IMG/VR virus record: IMGVR_UViG_3300030372_000392
Location: 1-43,978 of that record
DNA length: 43,978 nt
Source: a virus
Taxonomy: Duplodnaviria > Caudoviricetes
Reading direction: 5' to 3' (one strand)
The translations under genes and the position numbers were made by a program. Under the pieces are notes generated by a model. That model saw only the letters and a list, made by a program, of their open reading frames with translations. It made no database searches and was not told the origin of the DNA. Shown piece after piece: positions 26,685 through 37,440 of the stretch (its first letter is position 1; every line of letters starts with the position of its first letter).

Positions 26685-29477
26685 CTACGAATGTTTACCT
26701 TTTCCTATATTGTAATTTTTTAATACTTCTGATGCTGATAATTCTTTAGAGTAGATGCGAGGTTCGTCAATCAATCCTTTGGCATAATCAGAGTCATTTC
26801 TACCTATATGTAAATCTCCTCCTTCATTGTGCATCGCTTCATAAGTTCCATGAGTAACACTTGTATCAACTGTTACGCTACTTCCATTGACATATAATTT
26901 TATACCAGAATTAGCAGAACTACCCCCTCTTCCATCGTAAGTTGCACAAACGTGAATCCATACTCCAGTATTTAAAACTGTCTCATAAGAAGTAATTTGA
27001 AGGTTGGCCTCCCCATCATCATAAATATTCAATCTCAATTTTTTATCATTATTGACTTCCATTATATATTCTGTTGTTGAAAAATATACACCCTTCGCAA
27101 AGATTTGAAATTTTTGTGCATCGTCCATTTTAATCCACGCTTCAAGGCTAAAAGGAGTATCGTCAGTTCCATCTCCGAAACTCAACACTTCCGAATCTTG
27201 AACGCTTACATACTCACTATCGTGAAGTCTTAATGAATTTTGATGGGTATCTGATAGCAAGAATCCTTGATTATCTCTGCCTGACGTAGTTCCTTCTGGG
27301 ATAACTATAGATGATACTGTAGTACTAGAAACAGTACCATTGTTAGAGTTAGTGCTTCTATCTGTCCAAGTAATGTTGCCATCATTACGCCAGTATCCTT
27401 GCAATGCACTTGAATTATCGTAGTTACCTGAATCAGATGTTGGTAGCAAAGGCACACCAGAGTTATAAAGAGCAGTTATTGCATCAGAATCAAGAGCAGT
27501 ATTCCAAGCAGCAACTTCATTAATAATTGCATTTATGATTCCACCAGTATTTCTTTTTCCTATAAAATTAATGTCTATGTCATCTGATAAAGCTCCGCTA
27601 TAAGTAACTGAAGATGTTTGAAAAACACCATCAATATAAGCTTTAACATCATTACCAGTTTGTTTTACTATTAAAATATGTCGCCATCCGCTACCTATAA
27701 GAGATACACCACTATTCATTGGTATAGAGCAAAAAGAACCACTTCCAGACTTATAAAAAATATTAGTATTACTATTAGGATAGATTGCATTACTATCTAC
27801 GCCACTAGTTCCAGAACCTCCAACTACAACACCTTGAGATATTATATTAGCCCAAGCAGATACAGTATGGTCTCCACTAATAGTTAGCTTAGGTATGGTA
27901 ACGAAGTCATTGCCATCAAATATCATCGGAGTATTTGAGCGTACTAAACTTGCTTGGTAGCCATATTCTTCACCAGTTGCCCAAGTTGCTCCAGAGATGG
28001 TTCCATCATTCTTATTTCCGCTACCATCATATACATAATCATCAGAACCTTCTTGCATTGGTAGGTCTAACTTTAGATTTGATGCAGAAATTCCAGTTGG
28101 TAGTATTTGCTCTGGATTAGTGTATAGTTCTTGTACTTGAGATTCTGACAATACTACATCTTTAAAAAACTTTATACTGTTAAGTTTTCCAGTATATAAT
28201 CCATCGCCAGATGTATTTCTATCTCCTAAATACAAATCTCCATAATCAAAATTGTTAGCACCACTATCAACTGTATTTGTTCCTAATGTACGAGATAGAC
28301 CATCAATATATATTTTAGAATTAGAAGTAGAATCTCTATCGCATACGACTACAGCGTGATGCCAATTACCATCTCTGAAATCCTCATCAATCTGTAAATG
28401 AACTTTTACAGAGCCACTTATTTCTGCTAACAATCTAAATCTTGTTCCATCCATAAACATACCAATTTCATTAGCGGTATTAGTATGTTTTTGCCATAAA
28501 CGACCACCATTTGAAGTGTTAAACCATAGAGATACGCTAAAGTCACCAGTACCAAAATCAAGGCTTGAATCATCTGATATAACCACTCTATCATTACTAC
28601 CATCAAAACTCAATGCCCTTCCAGAGTACACCTCACCAAAGTTTAATGGGTCAGTTGAACTTGGAGTGGCTAAGTCTCTAACTCTTGGTTTAAATGGCGA
28701 ACCTCCAGAGTAAGAATTTGAATTTAGCGTAGCACCATTATTTGTTCCGTTGTTACTTCCAGCACTATCTAATACATCGCCTTGTAAATTATACCAAGAT
28801 ACAAGGTTGGTTAGTTCTGTGTTTTTTAATTCGGAGTAAGCACCTCGCCACTTTATACTTTCTAGCTCACTTACTGATAAGACTTTATTCCAAAGTCCTA
28901 TATTCGCCATTTTACCCTTGAAAAACACTACTGGAGAACTTTCGGCTTGTGCTCCAATAAGTAAATCTTCACTATGATTTCCAGTTGTACTTGAACCAGT
29001 ACCGCTATGAACTTCAGAACCATTATGATAAAGTTTAACTGCTGTACCACTCTTTATAACTGCAATATGACTCCACTCATTTACTGGAACAGTAGCACTA
29101 GCATCCTCTACGGCAGTACCATCATTCCAATGAATATGTGCATCAGTTGAATTATTGGGTGCTTTTAGCCATAAACCCCAAGACATTGTACTTGTATTAT
29201 GGTCCCATTGATTTACAATAGAATGATAATCATCACCAGCATCTGCTGAATGTTGTGGATAAACCCATACAGATACAGACATATTAGCAACATTTTTAAA
29301 AGCATCTGATAATGTTCCACCATTAATTAAATCATTAACACCATCAAATGATGTGCTACCATCTAATAAGAAGTCTGGGGAGTTGTTACTAAAATCAAAG
29401 AACAACTTAAGACTGTCTTTAACGTAAGTAAGGGTTTTTACCGCACCCTTTAATAAGGATACTCCTAATCCTAACAT
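26685..29477 (-). CDS. Multi-LamG (concanavalin A-like) fibre / receptor-binding protein
   Basis: Four repeats of FDG.ND, SVS.W, W.H, YIDG, L.IG, LS..E. Confidence 0.85.
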   Translation of the reverse strand: MLGLGVSLLKGAVKTLTYVKDSLKLFFDFSNNSPDFLLDGSTSFDGVNDLINGGTLSDAFKNVANMSVSVWVYPQHSADAGDDYHSIVNQWDHNTSTMSWGLWLKAPNNSTDAHIHWNDGTAVEDASATVPVNEWSHIAVIKSGTAVKLYHNGSEVHSGTGSSTTGNHSEDLLIGAQAESSPVVFFKGKMANIGLWNKVLSVSELESIKWRGAYSELKNTELTNLVSWYNLQGDVLDSAGSNNGTNNGATLNSNSYSGGSPFKPRVRDLATPSSTDPLNFGEVYSGRALSFDGSNDRVVISDDSSLDFGTGDFSVSLWFNTSNGGRLWQKHTNTANEIGMFMDGTRFRLLAEISGSVKVHLQIDEDFRDGNWHHAVVVCDRDSTSNSKIYIDGLSRTLGTNTVDSGANNFDYGDLYLGDRNTSGDGLYTGKLNSIKFFKDVVLSESQVQELYTNPEQILPTGISASNLKLDLPMQEGSDDYVYDGSGNKNDGTISGATWATGEEYGYQASLVRSNTPMIFDGNDFVTIPKLTISGDHTVSAWANIISQGVVVGGSGTSGVDSNAIYPNSNTNIFYKSGSGSFCSIPMNSGVSLIGSGWRHILIVKQTGNDVKAYIDGVFQTSSVTYSGALSDDIDINFIGKRNTGGIINAIINEVAAWNTALDSDAITALYNSGVPLLPTSDSGNYDNSSALQGYWRNDGNITWTDRSTNSNNGTVSSTTVSSIVIPEGTTSGRDNQGFLLSDTHQNSLRLHDSEYVSVQDSEVLSFGDGTDDTPFSLEAWIKMDDAQKFQIFAKGVYFSTTEYIMEVNNDKKLRLNIYDDGEANLQITSYETVLNTGVWIHVCATYDGRGGSSANSGIKLYVNGSSVTVDTSVTHGTYEAMHNEGGDLHIGRNDSDYAKGLIDEPRIYSKELSASEVLKNYNIGKGKHS

Positions 29478-29480
29478 AAA

Positions 29481-29780
29481 CTACCCTAAGTATGCCACTA
29501 CTTTTCCACTAGCAAGTGTAAAAGCAGACCAACGTCCATATATTGTCATTCCTTGCGGAAACGTAATACTATCTGATGTGTCTCCATTATTATTTGAGTC
29601 ACCTATAAATAAATTAGTTCCACTTCCCGGAGTTAAAGTAGTAAAAACTGTATCCTCTAAAAATGAAATAGCCACAATTGACTTTCCTGAAATCGCAGTA
29701 GTTCCAGTTTCTAAAAGTGAACCAGCTTGACCTAGTCCAACATTACCTGACTCTACTACACTATATTTTTGTATTCCCAT
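29481..29780 (-). CDS. Small beta-rich virion protein
   Basis: AAGGAGG RBS; FPQGMTIYGRW..FTLASGKVVAY. Confidence 0.65.
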   Translation of the reverse strand: MGIQKYSVVESGNVGLGQAGSLLETGTTAISGKSIVAISFLEDTVFTTLTPGSGTNLFIGDSNNNGDTSDSITFPQGMTIYGRWSAFTLASGKVVAYLG

Positions 29781-29835
29781 CTTGTTTCCTCCTTGTATGC
29801 CTTACCGAGCTTGGGTATTCTCATGGGCATATTTA

Positions 29836-30267
29836 TTAAACTAAATTTGGTACTTTTATTACTCTACTTCCACCAACTTTATCTTTTCTTCTAACACTAT
29901 GTCTTTTTATAGTATCTTTAAAATTTCTTTCATGTTGAGTTGCCATAGCCATTGACACCTGTGCTACATTAGCATCTGATGTGGAGCCAGCCCTGTCCAT
30001 ATACAAACATTTTTTTACATAATCAACTACTGAACCTTCTAATGCATTATCTATATCTAAAGTACCTGATGAATTAAGAACTGAATTTGGTTCAGCGTAA
30101 TAATGTATTAGTATTCCTCCTGTAATAGATTCAGATATAGCTTTCCATTGCTTTCTTGAACTAGTTCTACCATTTCCACTAGAGTCAACTTTAGTTACAA
30201 GACCTAATGAATCTCCATGTAAAAAGTACATTGCTTGATTGTCTGGGTATTTTATATTACTTGCCAT
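29836..30267 (-). CDS. Head-tail adaptor-like protein (C-terminal type module)
   Basis: IHYYAEP..VVDYVKKCLY pattern; position. Confidence 0.5.
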   Translation of the reverse strand: MASNIKYPDNQAMYFLHGDSLGLVTKVDSSGNGRTSSRKQWKAISESITGGILIHYYAEPNSVLNSSGTLDIDNALEGSVVDYVKKCLYMDRAGSTSDANVAQVSMAMATQHERNFKDTIKRHSVRRKDKVGGSRVIKVPNLV

Positions 30268-30269
30268 AA

Positions 30270-30620
30270 TTAATCTGCTGTGTTTATGTTGTCTTCACTT
30301 GTAAAATCTGCTAATAGTAAATCTTTATCAACTAACCTAGGAACTAGTATATAGTCACCTTCACTATCCATTAAATAAACTCTTAATACTTTATTAACCT
30401 CTAGTGAATTTCCTGAAGAGTCTTGTGCTCCGTCACGTAAATCATAATACATTTTATCTGCAGTTGTGCTTATCTTAGCGTGTACTAATTTAGTTTTATA
30501 AATACCTATTTCAACTAGTGCATCATTTATTAAATTTATTATATATGTTTCAGGAGCATCTGGAAAAACTTGACGAACCCTACTTATTAATTCTTTTACC
30601 GTTATTGAATGTACTGCCAT
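30270..30620 (-). CDS. Head-tail adaptor-like protein (N-terminal type module)
   Basis: TVKELISRVR..IINLINDAL..YDL pattern. Confidence 0.5.
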   Translation of the reverse strand: MAVHSITVKELISRVRQVFPDAPETYIINLINDALVEIGIYKTKLVHAKISTTADKMYYDLRDGAQDSSGNSLEVNKVLRVYLMDSEGDYILVPRLVDKDLLLADFTSEDNINTAD

Positions 30621-30626
30621 ACTTTT

Positions 30627-32483
30627 CTACCTTAACTTGCCTAAGCCTTCTTTGTATTCAGCTTGATACTTATCAACAAGCCTTGAATATTGTTCATATT
30701 TCGATGTATTTTGAGCTAACCTAACTTGAGCTTCATTTCCATAAGCTTGTGCTATATTAATTTTTGATTGTATTTCGTTTGCATATCCTTGAGCCGCACT
30801 TATATATCCAGTTATTACTTGACTATATCCTCCGATTTGAGACATTCTAGCGTTTACTTCATTTGCATATGCACCAGCTTGAGAAATCGTTGTCTGTGCT
30901 TGCTGTAAAAAAGCATTTCCTGCGTTTATTCTAGCTTGAGCTTCTTGATAATAAGATGACTGTATTTTAATACTAGATTCTAGTTCTTGAACTTTTTGCT
31001 GTATATTGGCTTGGTATTCCTGAACTGCATCATTTACCTCAGCATTATACTTGCTTATTTCAGCATTGAATTTTGAAACTAAATCATCGTTATTTTGTAT
31101 TGCCGCCTGCAAAGCTTGTGCTTTGTTTTGTAAATCTAATGCTTGGTCTTGTGCTTTATTAAATTTATCTACATCTGTTGCCTGAGATGCTTCTTGCTGT
31201 GCATCAGCCGCATTGACTTGTGCCTGTCTCAACGCTACTTGTAAATCAGTATTGTGTTTTGCAAGCTCTGCTTGTACACTAGCTTGATACCTTACATTCT
31301 CTTTATTATACTCATTTAATTCATTTTGTATGTCTGTACTATAAGCACTAAGTAGTTGATTTTGTTTTTGCAATTCAACAGAAGCTAATTCGATATCTTC
31401 ATTTGTTCCTAATAAAGTATCAAAATTATTGCCACTTCCAAAATTAACTGTAGTGCTAGGCTTTGTATATGTTGGCACATTTCCACTTGTATCAGCAACA
31501 GAGACTGTAGAAACAGTAATAGGGCTTACAGCACTAGAACTAGCATCTGCGTTACTGGCATTTGAATAAGACAACGTAGCCAAGCTAGGTGCACTTGGTG
31601 CTGATGCAGATATACTTAAATCACTTATTGATATTGCACTCGGAACAGCCGCTCTTGCTTGTGTAATTGGAGAAGTAGCAGTTGAACTAACCTCTGCCGC
31701 TACTTCATCAAACTCTTCATGTGCTAGTAATATTATTTCATCAACTTTGTCTATCTCTGTTTTAATAGATGCTAATGCAGTATCTACATCGGCATCTACT
31801 TGAGTTGCAGATTCTCCGAGTTGGGTAACAGCGGCAGTTACTTGAGTATTAATTAAATCACATATAGCTTGAGTTTCATCTAATTCTGTATTAACAGCAG
31901 TAATAGCAGTTACTACATCTGTGTCACGTGCAAGCTCAATCATATAATGCTGAATTGATTTAATAGCACCGTACAATAGAAGAAGCCTAATTGAACCTTT
32001 AGGTAATGAATTAAGGTCGGTAATATCAGAACTTGTAATATCTGAAGTTGATATAGTTAAATAATCATTGAAAAGAACTCTAGCTGTTTGATTTGCTGTT
32101 GGAACAGGATAAACCTCTAGTACCTCATCGTAGTATAAGTAAACAGGGTCAGTAGCTGTAGCAAAATTCATATCAGACGAATCTTGAACTTGACCTCTTT
32201 TTGAAGTAGGAACGAACCTACAAGGTCTATCTACACCACTACTATCAGCATCTAATCTAAAAACTCCAGCAAGTCTACCTTTTGCACCTATACCTGTAAC
32301 AGTAGTTGTTGAGTTATTTAAAGTAGTAACTGTGGTTGCATATTTTTCTACTAAATTTTGAGGTAAAGAATCTAGTATTTCAGCGGCTCCATCAGTAATC
32401 CAAAGTGCTAACTCATCTTGCTCTGCTGAAGTACTAGGAGCTCTTCCAGTAAGGCTTGCAATTCGAGATTCAAAAGTAGCCAT
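30627..32483 (-). CDS. Adaptor-like virion protein with long coiled coil
   Basis: DPVY..LEVYPVPT adaptor-like N-terminus; Ala/Gln heptads. Confidence 0.55.
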   Translation of the reverse strand: MATFESRIASLTGRAPSTSAEQDELALWITDGAAEILDSLPQNLVEKYATTVTTLNNSTTTVTGIGAKGRLAGVFRLDADSSGVDRPCRFVPTSKRGQVQDSSDMNFATATDPVYLYYDEVLEVYPVPTANQTARVLFNDYLTISTSDITSSDITDLNSLPKGSIRLLLLYGAIKSIQHYMIELARDTDVVTAITAVNTELDETQAICDLINTQVTAAVTQLGESATQVDADVDTALASIKTEIDKVDEIILLAHEEFDEVAAEVSSTATSPITQARAAVPSAISISDLSISASAPSAPSLATLSYSNASNADASSSAVSPITVSTVSVADTSGNVPTYTKPSTTVNFGSGNNFDTLLGTNEDIELASVELQKQNQLLSAYSTDIQNELNEYNKENVRYQASVQAELAKHNTDLQVALRQAQVNAADAQQEASQATDVDKFNKAQDQALDLQNKAQALQAAIQNNDDLVSKFNAEISKYNAEVNDAVQEYQANIQQKVQELESSIKIQSSYYQEAQARINAGNAFLQQAQTTISQAGAYANEVNARMSQIGGYSQVITGYISAAQGYANEIQSKINIAQAYGNEAQVRLAQNTSKYEQYSRLVDKYQAEYKEGLGKLR

Positions 32484-32728
32484 TAATTAACCCCTGCTTG
32501 TTTTATTTTTTCTTTCCAAAACTTATTACTTTTTGTAATTTTATCTTTATTAATTTTATCTATATGACTGTCCATACTAACTGTAGAAAACTCTATATCA
32601 CTTCTCTTACCTATCTCACTTTGCATAAATAAATTAGTAGTATAAACAGACTCAGAAGCTTTTTTGCCACAGCTTCTGCAGTAGAACCATTGTTCTGTAT
32701 TAGGTGTTTTACAATGTATACAATTCAT
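32483..32728 (-). CDS. Small Zn-ribbon protein
   Basis: CIHC..N....YCRSCG. Confidence 0.7.
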   Translation of the reverse strand: MNCIHCKTPNTEQWFYCRSCGKKASESVYTTNLFMQSEIGKRSDIEFSTVSMDSHIDKINKDKITKSNKFWKEKIKQAGVN

Positions 32729-32744
32729 ATTTTCTCCTTAGATT

Positions 32745-32774
32745 TGGGGGCTACCCTTTATTCGATAACCCCCA
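32745..32774 (-). terminator. GC-rich hairpin after the capsid genes
   Basis: TGGGGGTTATC...GGTAGCCCCCA on the - strand; no strong U-tract. Confidence 0.5.
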
Positions 32775-32808
32775 CAGTTCTAATTACTGTTAACTTTATT
32801 TATTCAGT

Positions 32809-33264
32809 TTAAGCTACGCTTATTCCACCATCTGCTTTAGTTTGACCTGAAACGTAATAGTTTTCACCATCACACCATACATCTATAAAGTCTCCTTGGA
32901 CAGCTACGCCATCTGCAAAGGTTATAGTTGTGCAACCAGCACTATATGGCCCATCATCTGATGTGTCAACCTCTAATTCATTGATACCATTTACAATAAT
33001 AACATCTGTATCAGAAGCGGCTTTTTCTACAACTGTGTAAGAAGCGGAAGAAGGTGCGGCATCTACTACTATCTTGCAGTACCATCCAATTCCAGCATCT
33101 GCAACAGCAGGAAGTGTAGTGGCAAATTCAGTAGCTGAATCTAGCATGAAAATCTTACCACTATCTTCTTCTAAAAGCTGATATGCGGCTCCAAGCTTTA
33201 CAACTTTCTTTTTATGTCCAAAAGTTGCTCCACTATTTTGCTCTAAGTAACTTGCTCTAGCCAT
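32809..33264 (-). CDS. Capsid-associated / decoration protein (putative)
   Basis: Directly after the MCP; beta-rich with DSGK, TLP, GD..D...DG..YYV. Confidence 0.55.
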   Translation of the reverse strand: MARASYLEQNSGATFGHKKKVVKLGAAYQLLEEDSGKIFMLDSATEFATTLPAVADAGIGWYCKIVVDAAPSSASYTVVEKAASDTDVIIVNGINELEVDTSDDGPYSAGCTTITFADGVAVQGDFIDVWCDGENYYVSGQTKADGGISVA

Positions 33265-33266
33265 TA

Positions 33267-34613
33267 TTAAACTCCTTGTAAGTGAATTAACATGTGACTT
33301 TCAGGAAGAGAAACCTCTAGTCCAGCCTCAGTTAAAATCATATCTTTGCGAAGGTCTTCGTCAGCAGACTGAACGTTAGTCATGATTTGAGTATCACGAT
33401 TAACTCCATTACCTACCAATGGTCTGTAAGCTACATTATCCATATCAACCATACATAAGAAACCAGAAGCAAAACCTCTAAACAGAGGTTCTTTAACTAG
33501 ATTCATTGTACCGTGAATAGTTTCAATTTGCAGAACTGTATGCCCAAAAGAACCTTGGGTTTTTTCCATATTGTACCTTAAGTTAGATACATCATTAACA
33601 GCTGTACTTGTTCCTGATACTAAAGATGTATTTAAAAATGCATCAGCTCCAAGTTTATTGAAAAATGTAATCACAGGTAAACTAGCTAGTGCTAATTTAG
33701 AATCTGTACCACCACGTGCTGGGTCGTAAACAACTTCAAAATCACTAAGGATTCTGTCGTATGTTAACTGTGCCGTTGTTGCACTTCTATAGTATGGTGT
33801 TCCTGAACTATATGATAAGTCACTTGTTCCAGTAACTGCTGTTCCGTTTGCAAGAATGTGACCAGCTATACCTTCAGAATATTGTATACCTCCTGTAGAT
33901 GCACGCTGACCAAAAAGCATAGCACGCTCAATATCTACTTTATGCTCACGAAGTTTAAGATTCCAAATTCTTTGGAACTCATCTGCGTAACCACGATAAC
34001 GAGTTGCTCTTGCAGTATTAGACATTTCACAAGCTGTTTTAAAAATTTGAGTAAACCCAAAATCATTATCTAGCTCTTCAGAAAATACATCTGGTGCTCC
34101 AGAACCTTCTCCGAAAGATGTACCAATAACAGTACATTTAGCATTGTCAACAGTTCCACCTGCATCTGCTCCTGAAATTGTTTTTCCTGTAAAACTAGTA
34201 TCAGTACCATTGTCAACAGGTCCTGACTCTATTCTTACGATTACAGGGTCTGAGACACTAGAGTTTTCCTGACCAATAACAAAGACCATGCCTTTGATAA
34301 GCCAATCTACTGAACCTCCACCTGAATCTACGTTGTAAACTAATGAAGAACCAGCCGCAGGAATGGTTTCTTCACCTTTGAGTAAGAAAGAACGGTCTGT
34401 CATAGAGATTTTTGTTCTATCTTCTAAAAATCGGAATTGTGGGTCATCCGTAGGAACTTTAGCTACCTTTGAGAGATACACGAAAAATGGTGATTCATCT
34501 GGAGCCAAGTCCGCCACACGGTCACTAAAGTTGAATAACCTACGAGTATGATAGCCAGAAGCGGCTGAACCCGGGTCACCAACATTTACAATTCCTTGAT
34601 TGTAAGTCGACAT
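33267..34613 (-). CDS. Major capsid protein (SU10/DUF5309-like HK97 fold)
   Basis: P.ESPF, FTQIFKT, EHKVDIERAMLFG, TEAGLEV..PESH; follows the scaffold. Confidence 0.85.
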   Translation of the reverse strand: MSTYNQGIVNVGDPGSAASGYHTRRLFNFSDRVADLAPDESPFFVYLSKVAKVPTDDPQFRFLEDRTKISMTDRSFLLKGEETIPAAGSSLVYNVDSGGGSVDWLIKGMVFVIGQENSSVSDPVIVRIESGPVDNGTDTSFTGKTISGADAGGTVDNAKCTVIGTSFGEGSGAPDVFSEELDNDFGFTQIFKTACEMSNTARATRYRGYADEFQRIWNLKLREHKVDIERAMLFGQRASTGGIQYSEGIAGHILANGTAVTGTSDLSYSSGTPYYRSATTAQLTYDRILSDFEVVYDPARGGTDSKLALASLPVITFFNKLGADAFLNTSLVSGTSTAVNDVSNLRYNMEKTQGSFGHTVLQIETIHGTMNLVKEPLFRGFASGFLCMVDMDNVAYRPLVGNGVNRDTQIMTNVQSADEDLRKDMILTEAGLEVSLPESHMLIHLQGV

Positions 34614-34627
34614 TTAGGACTCCTTGT

Positions 34628-35380
34628 TTATATTTTAGTATTTCTAGACGAGTTCATAACTCCTTTCCATACATCATCTAGCTCATTTGGTTGTTCAGGT
34701 GCAGACCCTTGAACTACTCCAGCCGTAGTTGGAATTGTTTGAGTCTTTTGAACAGCCTCTAAGTTTGGAGATACTTTTTCCTCACCACCTTTATACCTTC
34801 TATATACATCAACTAACATATCCAAAGGAATTTCTTCTCTTGGTGTTGTAGCAAACTGTATAAAATCTTCTGCCATCTTTGGGTCTGATATTCCATGCTT
34901 AGTAGCTAAATCTTGCTTCAAGTTATTTATCGCCATCTGTTGCTGAAACCCAGCCATCTGTTCTTGTACAGCTTGCTGTGCAACAGCTTTTTCTTGTGTC
35001 ACCCTCATCTCATACGAAGGTGAACCCGGCTTGTAATAAGCTTCCCAAGGGTCAAAAGAATCTTCTGTAACCTTAGGAGCTTCTTCTTTACTAGCCGCAT
35101 TACCACTCAAAGTGTTTCTCATTGCCTCAACTACATCAGGTCTATCTTGTAAAACCTTTCCTAGTTGTTCATACTTACGAAGCTCCTCAAGTTCATTATT
35201 AAGCTTATCATAATCAGCGGCTTTTTTATCGTACATTGATTGAAACTTTTTAGCCTCATCAATTACTTCTCCAGTAGCTTCTACTGGGTTGCCACCAACA
35301 TTTTCAGGCTCAACAACTGTTTCTAAAACTTCGCCTTCTACACCTTCTATTGTGGTATTTTCGTGCATAGTGTCTTCCAT
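34628..35380 (-). CDS. Scaffolding protein (putative)
   Basis: Acidic, helical, between portal and MCP. Confidence 0.7.
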   Translation of the reverse strand: MEDTMHENTTIEGVEGEVLETVVEPENVGGNPVEATGEVIDEAKKFQSMYDKKAADYDKLNNELEELRKYEQLGKVLQDRPDVVEAMRNTLSGNAASKEEAPKVTEDSFDPWEAYYKPGSPSYEMRVTQEKAVAQQAVQEQMAGFQQQMAINNLKQDLATKHGISDPKMAEDFIQFATTPREEIPLDMLVDVYRRYKGGEEKVSPNLEAVQKTQTIPTTAGVVQGSAPEQPNELDDVWKGVMNSSRNTKI

Positions 35381-35472
35381 TATATTCTCCGATTTCTTTT
35401 AGTTTAGCATCACCTATTTAAAGATGTCTATAAAAGCAGAACCGAGTAACGTTCCCACTATTTCTGTTTTCA

Positions 35473-37440
35473 TTAGCTTACAGCCTGAGTCTCTGAATCA
35501 ACAATTCTTTTTAGATTATCAACCTGAACCTTACTTTTAAATTTGGTATCATTTTGAATTTCATTAAGCCTACTTTTAAACTTCTCAGTTTCTGCCCTCT
35601 TTCTAGAACTAAGCGTTTCACGCTCTGCTGTTTGAAGGTCTCCACTAAGTTTTTTAACTTGAGCTTCGAGTTGTTGAATATAAGACTGCATTTGAGCCAT
35701 TTGACCCTTTCTCTGTAAGACACCTTGTTTGTCAAAGATTTCAGTTTTCTTTAAAACCTCGACATCGTCTACCAGATTCATTTGAAAAGCCTCTAGGTAC
35801 ATCTGATATTCAGCGACCCTATTAGAAGGCAATGTTGAACCTGATATAATCCTCACGTCATAATGCCCGACGGTGATGTCATTTGAAATGGCATTAATCT
35901 CCTGACTTCTATCATCGTACATATTTACAGTAAACTCTGTAATATCATTATTAGGTTGTACGATTCTAAACGTCTTTGCGTAAGTGTAATGACCCCTAGC
36001 TAGGTTGTATAAACTTTTACCTAACCTTGTCAAACTTCCTTCGATATCCCTTAATTTTGATTTACCACGAGTCTCACCCATCTCGGCTAACATCGCAGTA
36101 CCACGAACTGTTTCAGGGGCGGCTTCTTTAAAGCCTTGCATAAGTTCTGGAATACCGAAACTTAAATCTATGTAATGCTCTATCCTACTCATTAAATTAT
36201 AAAACTCTCCAGAGAGTGATTGTGGGGCAGGGAAATGTGGTGCACCGAACTCAGGGTTATAAGGTATAACAGCATTAGGTCTAGCCCAATCCTGCTCCAA
36301 CTGCCCCAAATCATCTACGCTACCTTCTGGAACCATTAACTTAAGTCCTGCAGAAGCTTGAGCGTGTGAGAGAGTGAGAGAGAAAAGCTTGTTCAAAAGT
36401 CTTTGTGAGTCTTTAACTTTTGATATATCAGACTTTGGATAAGGTGTTCCTGTCCATATATTAGGAACAGGTATTATCGGATATATGTCTGTATTTAATA
36501 TTTGTTCATATAATAAAATATCACCAGCCGTTGCAGAGACTTTAATTCTTGTCTGCATAACTTCAATTATCTCTACCATTTCGGCTTGTATTAAAAGCTT
36601 TGCGTTTTCTGATTCTATAAAGTTTGAATATTTTTCTATATCTAATATTACTTCTGAACCATCTTGTTTGTTAAACACCCTATAAAAGGGAACTTTTATC
36701 TTTGTAAATCTTTCTAGTATTCTATATTTGTTTACTCTGTTATACTCTGATTCATATACACTATCTGGAGTAAACGATTGAGATGAATTTTTTCTACCAC
36801 TTGTAGGGTAGTCTTCTTCGTCGTAATAAGTTTCAAGCTCTTCTAGGTATGGTTCTACCTGAGGATACATATTAATAAGTTGGTCTTCTGTCAATATAGT
36901 AGATAGTATAATACCAGATGCATCGTCAGCATATCTATGCCTAGATGCTGGGTCTACATAAACTCTAAATGGGTCTAGGTATGTATACTTTACTTCACCT
37001 CTACCGTAATCAGCTTCAGGGTCTATATATGCATACAGATAACCCATACCTGCTGTCGCATAATCATGAACAGCTTGCTTGAATTGAGTATCTCCATCAG
37101 ATATATCCCATATATATTCTAGTACAGTTCTCCATACATTAGATATTCTACTATCGGAGTCTTCTCTACCTACAGCACTATACTTAGGAGACCTAGATGT
37201 TAATAGTGATTTTAATTTTTCTATTGCCGCATATACACGGTCTATTACAAAATCACCTTGCCCAACAGCTCTTAAGGCGTCAGACTCTTCTTGTGAATAA
37301 TGATTACCTAGAAAAAAATCAATAGAATCCCTAGCTTCTACATCCCACTCAGACCTAGCATCTCTCCACATTCTCCAAAGTTGTCTATTAACTTCAGAGT
37401 GTTGTATTTCGTTTTTTTCTAACTCCCTTATACTAGAAAT
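35473..37440 (-). CDS. Portal protein (P22-like with C-terminal coiled coil); probable ATT start
   Basis: FFLGNHYS, GMGY, DPFRVYVDP, KDSQRLLNK; frame open upstream of the tracked ATG (37371) to an ATT behind GAGGT. Confidence 0.88.
   Translation of the reverse strand: MSSIRELEKNEIQHSEVNRQLWRMWRDARSEWDVEARDSIDFFLGNHYSQEESDALRAVGQGDFVIDRVYAAIEKLKSLLTSRSPKYSAVGREDSDSRISNVWRTVLEYIWDISDGDTQFKQAVHDYATAGMGYLYAYIDPEADYGRGEVKYTYLDPFRVYVDPASRHRYADDASGIILSTILTEDQLINMYPQVEPYLEELETYYDEEDYPTSGRKNSSQSFTPDSVYESEYNRVNKYRILERFTKIKVPFYRVFNKQDGSEVILDIEKYSNFIESENAKLLIQAEMVEIIEVMQTRIKVSATAGDILLYEQILNTDIYPIIPVPNIWTGTPYPKSDISKVKDSQRLLNKLFSLTLSHAQASAGLKLMVPEGSVDDLGQLEQDWARPNAVIPYNPEFGAPHFPAPQSLSGEFYNLMSRIEHYIDLSFGIPELMQGFKEAAPETVRGTAMLAEMGETRGKSKLRDIEGSLTRLGKSLYNLARGHYTYAKTFRIVQPNNDITEFTVNMYDDRSQEINAISNDITVGHYDVRIISGSTLPSNRVAEYQMYLEAFQMNLVDDVEVLKKTEIFDKQGVLQRKGQMAQMQSYIQQLEAQVKKLSGDLQTAERETLSSRKRAETEKFKSRLNEIQNDTKFKSKVQVDNLKRIVDSETQAVS

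Noticed and set aside
21930-34230. Avoidance of GGCC or GGWCC
   Set aside because: Both occur (GGCC near 21936, 23061, 27006, 32947; GGWCC near 29201, 34219).
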